A stretch of 63,693 nucleotides of DNA, filler included, from Collodictyon triciliatum (GCA_043381765.1; 15 parts of 15 records of this genome joined end to end with filler, not necessarily neighbours in it); one strand, 5' to 3'; shown: positions 38,395 through 51,126, counted from the first letter of the whole stretch. The notes: generated by a model from the letters alone, not told the origin. Made by a program: numbers and translations.

Positions 38395-41300
38395 ACGGTT
38401 GTTTGTTGACATCATCGCTGTATACTTGTCTCTTGAGCCTCATTTCCTTCCAAAATAGGAACAATATTCCAAACATAAATAACTCCAAAAATTGCCACGC
38501 AAATGGTTGGAAAAACATCGCGTGTTCGTGAAATATTGGAGCTCAAAAAAAGTATCCCACGGAACTTGGGATACTTGAATAATAGAAAGTAACTGAAAAA
38601 AAAATAGTGCCAACGAACAGACAACGTATGAATGTGAAAATGGAAAGATTTTCCGTCTTTCCCAACGGCGATGGAAGCGCGAGTTTCGCAGACCGTCATG
38701 TGGCCGCGGCGTCGTACATATCGGCCCTATCAATCATTCGCATCGTCAACTTTGCGTTGAAAACCGCAATACACAATGCGGTCTCCGGGAAGATATATGA
38801 CGGCTTAAACAGTCGTTTCACGCAAGGGTCCTTGAGGGTTCCTAGCTGTAATATGATATTTGATCCACCAAAAAAAATTACTATCACATGCTCGAAGGAA
38901 TTTCGAAGTACTCACCTCAGAATCATGCTGACCATACACAAATGTAGATATGGCTACCATTATGAGAGGAGAGGATTGTCATAGTTCACATTATCTGATC
39001 CCTTAAAAAAAAAGCACTTGGTGAGTTGAGGCAAGAAAAAGAAGGTTATAGCAACAGTGAGAAAGAGAAGGACAGATTGGTGTAAGTAATGAGTGGCATG
39101 TTGCAAAAGTAGGCGATGGTAAAAAAAAAAAGGCGAGACGGGAACCGAAGGCCAGGGGAGTAAAGGCATTAGGCTGTGGTTTCTGTTTGGTTATCTGCTG
39201 TATTTGCGGGGGCAGCCCTGCGCTAGTATATGCTATTCAAAAATTGTGCTTTTGTAGAGTATTCTTTCAAAAAGGGTATGTCATATGAGAGGTGCTGCGG
39301 CGTGCCCAAGCAGCCAGGCAATCGAGTCTATATCCCAGAAGGCTCACTTGTCATGAGATAAAAATAGAGGCACGTGCAGCCCACTAGCCTATAACTGTGT
39401 ATCAGTGGGACATATTATACGCGCTTGCTTGGTTATGTGCCGGGCTCCGTGTATATCAAAATATCCTTGCTGTACTGTCGGAGTGAGAGAAGAAGCTCGG
39501 GTTACCTCCATGGATATTGGCGTTACAACTTCCTTCTGTTAAAAGATAGTGTTCGATCATGTAGGAAATTCACTTGGCGTATTGGGGTACGTTCAGGAAA
39601 ATGCATCTCAATTAATAGGTGAATCATGCGAAGTCTGACTTGGTTAAAAAGTACACGATACTTGTAGTGACTCTTAAAGTACTCTACATACCCAAGCCTT
39701 TTTAAGAGATGAGTGAGAAATGCATTTGTGGCCATGCTGATTCTATCACTAGGGTCGTATTCGTTCCCGGCCAAGAAACAGGCGTTCTGTCCAGGCGTGG
39801 CAACAGGGCGAAACCCTAGGGGAAATATATTTACTAGCCTAAAAAAGAGGTACCCCTTAAGGTTCTGTTGTTACTCTGCATTTGCCGTTTTCGCTAACTC
39901 GCGAACAAATACTCAAAATAGCGTGAATAGCTAGTAATGTGGCCTAGTCCACCTTTACATGAATTTATGAGATTATTACCCATGGGCCAATAGGAGCGCT
40001 TTGAGTGAATATCTGGGTGCCGTAGCGAAAGTCGCTGGCAGGTCATTGTTTTTCCGCAAAGCCATCTCGGTATCTGTGAGCAATTTATGCCTTTTAGGTT
40101 ATCAGCTCAAGTTTATACGTATTGCGCCGCTCTCATGTATAAAGTGTGTTTACTGTAGATATGTTGATTAAAAAATAGTGAAGGAATAGCACATGCGATG
40201 CATAGGAATAGGTTCTGAATGCCTGACCATTAAAACCATCAGGTGGCTTTGTATCTCTCTCGTCCTGGACTCACTGGCAAAGGCGCAGGTAGCAAAGGAG
40301 CTAAGTGTATAATGAATTAGTGGGCGAAGAGAAAGTGGAGTCATGCTAGTGTGGATGTTGGATATGTGCGAATGGAATAATACTGTGAGCGAATAGCCTT
40401 ACAAACATACCATCACACCCGCTCCATTAGCTTGGGCTCGTCTTCAATGCCCGCTTGGTTTGTGGTCATTTTCCTGGGTGCTTGGGGTGTGGACGTGGTG
40501 GTTTCTCCTCGGCGTGGGTTGTGTCTGCGGAAGAAAATATCGCACGTCCGCAGTGGTTTGGCTTATATATGAGAAATATGAATATGAAATAGAAAAAAAT
40601 GGCCTAAATAGGACTAAGTAATAGGGCTTTGGGACACGACCCAACGCGCTCCTGAATTTTGGATTTTGTGAGAAACGAAAAAATTGCTAATAATTTTGCG
40701 AACTTTGATACAAAAGCATCAGCTTTTTACCGAGTCTTCGAATAATTAAGCCGTATTTGTATCACCCAATGAACATTCAATCCAGCATCAACAAATTATA
40801 AATTTAAAAAAACAGTCCCCTTGTTTTCCATGGGTAAAATAATTCGCTCAATATTTTGTGAGGAAGCTTTGGAGAAAAAGGAAGTTTTCATGTACTATTC
40901 CTATGGATTGACCCTAAGAGGTAATATTCAATGAAAGATGCTAACTTAAGTGCCTTCAAGATTACAAAAATTTAAAAATATCATTTCTTCCATAAGGCCT
41001 ATTCTGATATTTTCTTTGAATGTTCGAGACCTTCCCGAAGCGCATTTGGTTTTTTTATTACGAATGAGTTCGAACGGGCTTCGTTGTTGTCTGCTTGGAG
41101 GACGGCTCGCCGGGTGAGGTGTGTTTGTCCGGGTGTGGTTGTCTCGGGTTGGATTGTGCGCGCAAAGAGTAGCGTCAAGCATTTTGTGATGAAAACAAGA
41201 AGGTCTTTGGGGTGTGTTGGCCTCCTGACCCACAAACCATTCCAAGACTTTCGCCACCGTGCCACCCACACAATACTTATTTATCCGTCTTTCTCTCGCA

Positions 41301-41990
41301 GTAGGCGCTCACTGCTTCCGTTCCTTTTTTTTTTTTCAAATACCGCCTTTCGTGGGAACCAAACCTCTAGGGCGAAAGGCTATTGTCCCGATGACGCTGC
41401 ATGCTCATCTCGTCAGCCTTTTACTTGCCTCGCGCGTAGAGGATGGGTGCACTTTCCTTAGGCTTTGTGTGTGCTCTGTAGCTCTCATTCAGCTTTTTTG
41501 TTTGTTTTTGTTTGTCTTTGTTCTTGTTTGTTTTTGTTTGCTTTCGTGTTCTTTTGCTTTAAGAGATGTGGGTGGGCTTGCGCGCAGTGAGCAGGTCAAG
41601 GCTCATTACAAATGTGGAATATACCGAAAATCAAGTTACAACAGTCAAGGTAAAGTGCTCAGCTCAAATGCAGGATACGTTACGGTATTTATGTGGCATA
41701 TTGATCTATCATGTACTGATGTTGCTGTTTGTACAGATATTTGAGCATTCCATTAATTCTGGCAGTTTACGTCCCTCGCTTTATTTGACACATATTTTTG
41801 ACTATACATAGCGCATCGAATAGACAGCATAGCGCCTCTCGTTTCTTTGCGAGATGGAGCAGCTTTTCCTTCAACTCCACCTGACTCACTGCAACACGAG
41901 CACGAGGGAGTGGCTATTAGTTACCCCGTTTTGTCCGAGCCCAGCGGAAGCCTCTCGCGGTTTAGCATTTTCCGCCCCGGTACAAGGCGC

Positions 41991-42050
41991 GATATTTTTC
42001 TATCGCAGCGGATGTTTTTCTATCGCAGCGGATGTTTTTCTATCGCAGCG
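41991..42050. repeat. 20-bp minisatellite x3 (GATRTTTTTCTATCGCAGCG)
   Basis: Three head-to-tail copies with one mismatch and no spacers. Confidence 0.9.
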
Positions 42051-42546
42051 GCTGTGCTTTCTCGCGTGCTATACTTTGTCAGAGGCTGGAGCAGGGACAC
42101 GGTTTCTTCTTGGCCAAGTAAAGTGGCCCACCAACCTTTTCGTCCCAAACTCTTACGGTTTCCGTTACTTCGGCACTCTGGAATAAATGTGTCCTAAAAA
42201 TTCAATCGAGCAAAGGCAAAAACTCCACATACATAGGGTTATTCATGGTCTTTTGTCTTTTAGTATTTCTCATGTGGGTGTATAACAATACGATGTAAGA
42301 AACTTCCCTTCATATGCGCACTCTCTGTTGTTCAGAGAGCCAGGTGACCACCCAATTGTTTGCCTTGACTCCTCGCTGTTAGGGAGCTCTTTTCAAGGGC
42401 GCAGCCACCGGTTAGTTTCCTACTAGCGTCTGCTCTTTACTATTTCNNNNNNNNNNNNNNNNNNNNNNNNNNNNNNNNNNNNNNNNNNNNTTAATTAATT
42501 AANNNNNNNNNNNNNNNNNNNNNNNNNNNNNNNNNNNNNNNNNNNN

Positions 42547-42966
42547 AAGCAGGAGCGTATGTGTCTAAAACCACAAACGCGTATCCATACACCGGTTAAG
42601 CAAAGTCCACTTCCGGCTACGCATGGTTCCGATGCCAGGGGACGGTCAAGCGGCACTTCCTCTAATACCAGACAAACAACGATGTATCGCTTTTTGTCAG
42701 AATCACCCAGCAAGAAACGCAAGGAAAGTGACCCGTTGTCCCCTCAAAAGACTCATCCTGTGGAATGAAATAGGATGTTAACCTTGTCTGAGATAGATGG
42801 TTGGATGGACTCGTTGGAATGGATTTGAGAAGTAACTGCCATGTGCGTACTTTCATCGACCCGTCAACTTTACCCGCTCTTCTGTCAGTCTTGAACACAA
42901 CCAGAAATCGTGTTGGATTTGATTCACCCACTTAGGTGGAGTACTCTGCCTGTGAGAACACTTTCT
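42547..42966. mobile_element. Dispersed repeat, copy 1 (probable transposon remnant with convergent frames)
   Basis: Colinear similarity with 54726-55140, including the shared blocks AAGCAGGAGCGTA, CCCTCAAAAGACTCATCCTGTGGAATGAAATAGGAT, ACTTTCATCGACCCG and GTGAGAACACTTTC. Confidence 0.7.
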
Positions 42967-43245
42967 CTGTTTTCTACCTTGTTTCTCTCTTTTCTTAATC
43001 CTCCCAAAATAAAAAAAACTCCAACCACACAATCCGGGGGTTTCCACTGTCTCGTCCACAGCTTATTATTATCCTAGAAGTGAAAGTGTGATTCCTCGGC
43101 TTTGTTTTCTCCCAATAAGAGAGTGGAAAAAAAAACCAAAAAATGAAGTTGAAATTGAGAATTAAAGTGTTATGTTTCGACTTTATTCTCGTAGAAGTCC
43201 CTCTTGACTGTGCTAATGTTTAGGAGAGAATGTCTTCCTGCGGCC

Positions 43246-46200
43246 TTAAGAGGAGAACCCTGGAAGGTGAAAGAAATGGTCGCAGTGTTTTTTGTTGTAC
43301 AACTCCCTGCATCGCAATCCATATCGACAACGGTGAAGGACACTGCTGTCAGTCTGATTCGAAGTATTTGATGGACAAACTTCCATTCTTTCACAGAGAG
43401 GGCAAATATTGCGCCCAGATGAGGTAGCAAGAAACTTCTTTACTGCCTTTCCAGAATCTTCTTCATGAAGAAGGCGAACAGCCTGTAAAGACATGCGCTC
43501 TTTCATATCTCTAGTCCTAATGTAATCCTCCTTATTGCTTTTGCACAATCTCGTTGAAATACCAACCCAGTCAATATTTGATTGCACATTGTCCCAATAG
43601 TCTATTTCAACGATGTTCTCCTGCATGAAATCTTTGGGCATAACTTTCCTTTCCAGAGCCTCCTCAAACTTCAGGCCATTGCGTTGGATTTCAGGCTCGC
43701 TCAAATCTCTACCACATTGAGTTAAGAGAGTTTCGTCTCCATCAGATATCATAAGCTTCAAGAGGGAATCGAAAGCTGATCCAATTTGGTTCATGTGCGG
43801 AGAAATGAACGGGAAGTTACAGAACCTTTCATCAAAAACGTTCATCGCCTCGTAGTCTTCTGCATTTACATATATGTGTACCTATAGGTTATAAGTGTTG
43901 TAATTTTCTCTCTTCATATATGCAAACCGAGATTATTCTATAGATATAAATGTATCTTTAGTGACAGAGACAAACGGAAAATTGCATATAATAATAAAAG
44001 ATAATAATAAAAGATAATAATAAAAGATAATAATAAAAGATAATAATAAAAGATAATAATAAAAGATAATAATAAAAGATAATAATAAACATGCCCAATA
44101 TGATTGGATTATGGTAAAAAAAAACTGAAACAATGAGAGCTAACTAATACGAGAGAAAAAAAAGTAATATTATCGGAAATATTATATATATATATAAAGA
44201 AATAGAAGATAACAATATAGGAAGATTCAAGTTTACTTTACCTGTCTGAAATTTGTATATCTGGACACAAGATCTATGACCATCGAGTTAAATTCCTGGC
44301 GTGGGTATTTTTTCGAAATCCAGGAAGAATCGGGTATTAATACAACATCACAGCCAGCTTTGATCGCTAGGACAAACAATTCATCAAACAAAGCCTTTAA
44401 ACATCCAAGGTCCGTGTCAGTCCCCCTCTCGTATTCAAGTTGTTTCATATTCACGTATGCAAAAGAGCATTTTTGGAATTCAGGGAGTATGTAAAAGCCG
44501 TCTTTCTCTGGACCTCGCATTATGAGACCGTTATCAACAAAAAAGAAAGAATCAGCCGTGTTTTTGAGATTAAAATCGCTATGCATACGTTCTTTTTCTG
44601 ATATATGGGCTAGATGGCCATCCAAATATAGTGGTAGGTCTGTGCGTCGTAGAATGTCACTAAGAACGTGGGCATTTCCATTTTTGTAATCGTTTAATAA
44701 GTTGGGATTTTCGTTTATGAGTGCGACTACGGTATTCATTCCTTTGCTTTTGTAAAATTCGACAGACTTTAATGGATCCAATTCACTGAAGCAAATAGCT
44801 GTTCTGTGGTTCATGGTGCCGTCACTGTTGGACTCGCATTTGCTCCTTCCATTTTGTGAGGGATGGTGTAAAGGCGGCGGTGTAATTATTGCGGGATATG
44901 AATAAGGAGATTTTCCTCTGAAAATCCCGACTGTATGGTGAAGCATTGCTGATCTTACGGAGTGCGGCGGAGGTAGTTCTTGGTCTTCTGGTACAAGTAT
45001 ACCAGAATCATCAAATCTAAATTCTGAGGGTATGGCACTTTCCATATGGATAAAGCGTAAAGGATTCCAGTTCGATCTGTATATGGGATCGTCTGGTGGT
45101 AGATCTCCAAAGATACTATAACGTTCGTAATTAGAGGAGGGTATACAGGATGAAAGCGAAAGATAAGCTGAATTTAAAGGATTTAATTTTGGGACAAAAG
45201 AATCATCCCCCGTGTGTTGTTTGAATTCAACAAAGAAAGCTCCGACCCAACAAAATCCAAGCAGGAAACGGTGCATTCTTTGAAAAGATTGGGTCAGTTT
45301 CAATAAGAGATATGTTGGAGTTAAAGTTACCACGCATAACAAGTAGCCTCCCATGTAATCATATAGACTGGATTGTAACTCTTTCATTTGGTGCGATGCA
45401 TTGTGCTCCAGGAGAATGTAAAAAAATTGGTAGTCCACGTTACACGGCGCTATCTGCGATTCATTCCAAAGGACTGATGATTGACAGAGTGAGTCAAATG
45501 TAATGATGAATCTATTAGGTTCCGTTGTCATGTCGATGATTAGACCAGGGTAGTTCTCTGATAACATTTTAATCCCTTGGGATACCTTTTGGAAAGCAAT
45601 TAGTTGCACGTTACCAGATGCGAATAGGGAAACATGAAAATCTATTGAATTCCAGGTATTAAAGCCTTGGCGTATGCCTGGCTCCGTATTTTGAAGCACA
45701 TGGACAATCCAAATAGGTTGGTTAAAAATGTGGTACACTCTACAACTCGATTGGTTAAAGCTAGAAAGCCATGCTTGAATGAACCTGATAGGTAAGAATG
45801 TTGCTGGGAACACAGGTCTTATGATATATTCATCCATGGCTGATGGTTTCAGAGCACTAACATGGTAATTTACTGGGACGCACCATGATGGTATCTCGTA
45901 ATTAGAAAGCAAAAGCTTCGGGGATGGGAATTGTGCTATTTCCTTTTGAGAGCCAAGAGAATTTTGAATGTAGGTTGCTGGAGACTCTGCGTTCTCATTA
46001 ACAGCCTCTGCTTCTATACAGCTGGAGTACGTAGCTGCACTTGAGAGCAGGTAAGAGGGACCAGATTCAAAAGCCTCTGCTGAATAAACCCTTGGCAGAA
46101 TCTCTTCTATGTTATTGGCTTTGATTGTAGATTTTCTTCATGAAAGAAGAATACTCGAGTATATATATATGGTTGTTGTGTCGACTTTTCTGGTGCAAGA

Positions 46201-46519
46201 TAAGGGTAAAATAGTTCTCTGTATGGTTAATTGTATATATCTTTCTCTTTCAATTTAAGAATGAAAAAAATATTGAAACAAAAAAGGAAACAAAAAAATG
46301 AAAATGAAACCAAGGGATGATAAGCGTGAGCATATAATTATTTTTCTCCTCTTTATTTGATTTAAAGCACAAGCATAGAAGATTAATCGAAAAAGCCAAG
46401 CTAGGTTTAGCAAAAGTCAGTGTATGAAAGGTTATGAATTACCTTGGTTGTGTGCCGTTGAGGCCGCATCGGATCTCTTCTCCACTGCTTCATAATTTTC
46501 AATGATGTGAAAGCTCTTG
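43246..46519 (-). CDS. Large protein with degenerate bacterial-type PARG (TIGR02452/DUF2263-like) macrodomain and C-terminal PBZ zinc finger; 5' partial
   Basis: The ORF 44242..about 46120 splices CAG|gtaaag..tatag|GTA (43881) in frame to 43246. Macrodomain-like order: TAICFSELDPL / VVALINEN / DILRRTDL / NGLIMRG...GFYIL / LFVLAIKAGCDVVLI / FRQVHIYV. PBZ CRYGLRCRELYNKKHCDHFFH at 43267-43329. Confidence 0.7.
43989..44089. repeat. 12-bp tandem repeat (ATAATAATAAAAG-like unit) in intron
   Basis: Head-to-tail AT-rich array inside the intron of the PARG-like gene. Confidence 0.85.
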
Positions 46520-46600
46520 TCTAAGATTTTAGGAGGTAGAAATTATGTACTTTTTTTTCCTCTCAGGGAGGGCGAAGAGGGAATAGGGTATGCAAAAGTC

Positions 46601-46698
46601 AGAAGAAGAAGAAGAAGAAGAAGAAGAAGAAGAAGAAGAAGAAGAAGAAGAAGAAGAAGAAGAAGAAGAAGAAGAAGAAGAAGAAGAAGAAGAAGAAG
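46601..46698. repeat. (AGA)n microsatellite
   Basis: Trinucleotide array at contig end. Confidence 0.95.
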
Positions 46699-46798
46699 NN
46701 NNNNNNNNNNNNNNNNNNNNNNNNNNNNNNNNNNNNNNNNNNTTAATTAATTAANNNNNNNNNNNNNNNNNNNNNNNNNNNNNNNNNNNNNNNNNNNN

Positions 46799-49700
46799 AT
46801 CACATTTTTAGGGACATTTTCAATTGGATTTCCGTAGATGATAAGCCCGCTTCGCAGACTCTGAATCGATCCGAGGAGTGAAGATATCTCCTTTATCTGC
46901 ACAGTCAAGCAAATTAAATATTTAGAGAACATTACTCAGAATAATACAACATCAAAATGTATTTCATGCTTCGCCCTTTTTATTATTATTATTTTTTTAT
47001 AGAAATTATGCCGATTACTTTTTACTTTGGGTTAAGTAAGATTCACATCTTAAAATGGATATTAATGATAAAATGATGATATTAAGAATATTTCCGTTAA
47101 AATAACGTTTATCTTATTGCTTAGTTTCATCAGAGTTTATGAGTTTTTTTGTATTTAGTGTAGCAGAAAAAAACTATTTCCTTTTTCCCTCAATTTACTT
47201 TATAATGACAAAGTTGATTTGTTGGCATTGCAGGTGTTCCTTGGGATATGAGATGCGATTATACTTGCCTGATTCAGCGAAATATCGAGCTTCTCTAAGT
47301 TTGTGAGTCTGAATATGGGGTCTGGAACTGTGGTCAACTGTGACATACTTTACATTTAAGTGTCTGAGATTTCAAACAATATGAAGATATTGTCAAAAGT
47401 GCGTGATGGTGGTTTTCAGAAAGGCTACCTGACATTTCGAGATATTTAATCTTTTTATCGTGGTCATTTTTCCAAGCCACTCGGTGTATGCAGTAATCTG
47501 CAGAAAATGAACGAAAAATTTTCAAAATAACTCACGAAAACTAGAAAACGCCACATCAGGTCAATGTATTATTATTTGTCAAAATGATTATTATTTTCTT
47601 CAAGATTTAGGTCTAAGTTTTTTTTCGAGATTGGAGCCCTGACCTGGTTATTCGAAATATTCAGAGATTCGACCGAAAACATACCAAACAACTGCTCTGG
47701 GCATTCTGTAAACTAGGAAATCATTCATAATAATCAGCAGGCTTCATCATTGATTTTATTTCATCTTTTGAGTCTATAAATATTTTTTTATTAAAAACCT
47801 TGTTTTTGCTTATGTCTAATGATGTTAATCCTGTTAAGCTTGATATTTCGAGGGGAAGTAACGATATCTGTGATGCGTGTTGTAAGTAAAAATTGCATAA
47901 TCGTTTCTCGAAGAAATTTATGTATTTGACAAAATCAGGTAGAAAATAAGGGCTTGCTTCGTTGTTGGAAACGTTGAGATTTTTCAGGAGAGTCATCGCA
48001 CATATAGACGTCGACAAACAGTCGAACTTATTGGAATATAGGCATCACAAAATCAGAATATGTTATAACGAAATACAATCATTTATTTAAACGCTATTTA
48101 TCCAAAATGCGAAACTTAATTACATACTTTGTTCCCACTGGTGTTGAATGCTACAATTTTGGACAGGCATGATATTTCTGAAGGAATGGTCAACAGCTGA
48201 TTTTGAGAAACATCAAGGCGAGTAAGAACCGTCAGGTGTGATATTTGGGCGGGTAACGATGATATCTGTAATCATAGTAAAAGAGAATAATGCAAGAATG
48301 AACGAAGTTGATTCAAATGCAGTTATTGAATTAAATACAAATGTTTTTTTCAAAAAGATAGCAGTAAATAAAAAAACACATGTGAAAAACCTTGTTTTTA
48401 GATAAGTCCAGATATACTAGATTTGTAAGAGCGAAGCATGGCTCCGGGAAAGATGTAAGCTGTAAACAAGGTGGTGAGTTTAAGTATATTGATTGTTAAA
48501 TGACAGTTTTTTTGAAGATATTTAAGAAAATATTACTTCGTTTGAATGGATGTAGAGTTTCTTCAGCCCAACTAAATGCTTGAGCGAATCAGGAATATGA
48601 TAGAGCTTCATGTCGCCCATCCATAGCGAGGTTGCATGTTGGATTCCATGGTGATGAGGGATATATTGCACATTCACGTACTGAAATTCTTCCAACTCTT
48701 GAAGAATGCTAGAGCTTAATGGATGTTTAGGAGATTCAATCTCATTTGGTTGCAAGCAGTCGTTTATGAATTGGGATGCAAACGAGAGTTCTTGCTCAGA
48801 GATCGAATGGTTCGCATGGACATCAGGTTGGTCAAGCTTGGATATTGTGTTTCCATCAAGCCTCAAGGCTTTCACTTTCTCAAGCAATCTTTCTGACAAT
48901 TCGTCTTTCTTTTTCTGCAGATGAGTCACCAATTGGCTGTAAAATAATGCCTTAACATTCTTCTTAGGTGCATTAGAATCGCTACCAGAGCCTTCAACAG
49001 ATTGATTTGACAATTCAACAAATGCAGAAATGTCATCTGGTGATATATGATACATCTCAACCATTTTGCTTTCATTCATTATGTCTCGAAAGTCATCGAA
49101 TCTTTCCCTGCTCGTTTGGTTTGAAATTGTATCGCTCAATTTTAAAAAGCGATGCTTTCGCAGCCACTCCACAAATTCACCCTGGTACATATCAGCCAAA
49201 GGAGCATATTTAATTGGAAGCAAATCGTTCATCGTCTTTTGAGGAAGCCTCTGTTCACCTGATTTCAACTCATCCAAGTATACACAAACTTGATTCAGAG
49301 AAGGTCGGAGCTTATAGTTTTGCTTCCAGCACTCCCTGATAAGATGGTTAAGCTCACAAGTGGCTTCTTTCGGTATTTCAGGCCGTAATCCCCTGATGAC
49401 TGAATTTTGTGGCCTTGACTCATGCAAAAAAGGCTCGATGCCAGAAAACATGTACCAAACGAGCATTGCCAAAGCATACACATTGCTTGGTTCTCCTCGG
49501 TGCCCAATATTCACTTCATTTTCACCATACATTTCAGGATTATCATCATAGAACGGCTTACAAGCAACTTCATGGATTTCTGGTGCTTGCCAGTTGGCAG
49601 TTCCGTCTTGCTTGTCCTCACCAAATCTCGTCGGTAAGTTTGAACCGACTTTATCTACGTCACGACGGCTCACTATCCCAAAATCCACAATTTTTAACGA

Positions 49701-50930
49701 TTCACCCACAATCATAACATTATCGGCCTTCAAATCTTCGTGGTACAGATTTTTGGAATGCAAGAAAATTAGACCAACGCACATTTGCTTTGTGTAAGAA
49801 ATAATTTGAGGTAATGTTGGCTTGATATTTTTCTTTTCCAACATAGATTTCAACGAAAAGCCTGCATTCTCCATAACCATGTAAAATTTGTCCTCTTTGC
49901 GATACACACCGAATAATTTGACAATATTTTCACATTCTTTGCATTCATGCAGAAACTTGCTTTCAAAAATGAACGATTGAATCACCTCGCTGAAGGTCTG
50001 TTGCCTCATAGCCGGCATGGTTTGGATTTTCACCACAGCACTTTTTCCTTTGAATGTTGTTTTATAAACGCGCCCAAAAACCCCCCTTGCGAGATACTCT
50101 ATTAATTCTATTCTTTCATCAATCCATAGGTCCTTCAATTCTCGGTCGAATGAATCCAGCTCAAGAGTTGCTTCAGGAGATTGCGGCTTCCTATTCTTTT
50201 CCGCTCTCACCACAGAGGTAAATCTCTTTGAGATTCCTTTATTTTTTAAGAAAAATGATTTACTAGTTTTCAATAAAATTTAATCAAATTATGATTAAGT
50301 TGAAAATTAAGATATATTTGAATATATTGGTAAAAAGTACCTTGTTCCAGATAGACGATCCCTTTCTTTACTGCACTTGTTTCTAGTTGATGGCTCTTCG
50401 TACACACATTCAATTCTGATTCATCTATCTTTGCTGATGTTTGAACGTATCCGTCTAATTCATGGCGCCGACATACTGGGCATTCAAATCGGTAAGCTTC
50501 CACAAAATTTGGTCGAATCGATGATATTTGTTTGATGAAGGTGCAAAGAATGTCAAAAATACTGACGATTCTACCGCCTTCATCAATTTCGTTTTCGTAT
50601 TTTCTAATCTTAACTGAAATATGCTTTTGGAGGATTTGGTACAAAATAATCAATCCGTCTCCTGGAAGCAGTTGAATTTCATCCGTTCCTGTTTTGCAGG
50701 AAGCATTCAGGTGTATGAATGCCACATCTCTGAAAAATTGGTCGTCATACTGAACTCCAGCTTGTGCCCTTTTTGTCAAGCGAAGCGCTTGAATGGCGAT
50801 ACTTCTTTTGTCAGAGAGTTGGACGTCACCGTTGGTCATTATTTCTACAGAGGTTTCAGCGATACAGTTTGACTCTGGTTTTTCATTCCATAACGCTTTT
50901 AGGTTTTGGCAATCCTCCATCAATGAGGGA
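46799..50930 (-). CDS. Roco-like TKL kinase fragment: COR-like - non-RD kinase - SAM-like region - LRRs (both ends truncated)
   Basis: A COR C-terminal-like exon (W...ECPVC...CTKSH) splices in phase 1 to 50236. Kinase motifs LARGVFGRV, AVVK, HEDLKADN, DFG, GTANWQAPE, CW..RP. LRR exons follow at 48459-48391, 48265-48128, 48026-47958, 47867-47799, 47712-47644, 47497-47429, 47337-47269 and 46896 to the edge. Confidence 0.88.
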
Positions 50931-51048
50931 AAGGCAATGCATTCTCTGNNNNNNNNNNNNNNNNNNNNNNNNNNNNNNNNNNNNNNNNNNNNTTAATTAA
51001 TTAANNNNNNNNNNNNNNNNNNNNNNNNNNNNNNNNNNNNNNNNNNNN

Positions 51049-51126
<78 letters not shown>
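51049..51126. repeat. (ATT)n microsatellite
   Basis: Trinucleotide array at contig start. Confidence 0.95.

Noticed and set aside
41991-42050. CRISPR array
   Set aside because: The repeats are head-to-tail with no spacers, there are no cas genes, and the context is eukaryotic.
46442-46896. Fusion of the kinase-LRR gene with the pseudo-PARG/PBZ gene across the spacer (VPKNVI + DKSFHIIENY would mimic an LRR cap)
   Set aside because: Contigs are ordered by length, so adjacency is arbitrary. The fit also needs an assumed gap content and is plausibly chance. Only spanning reads or cDNA could rescue it.
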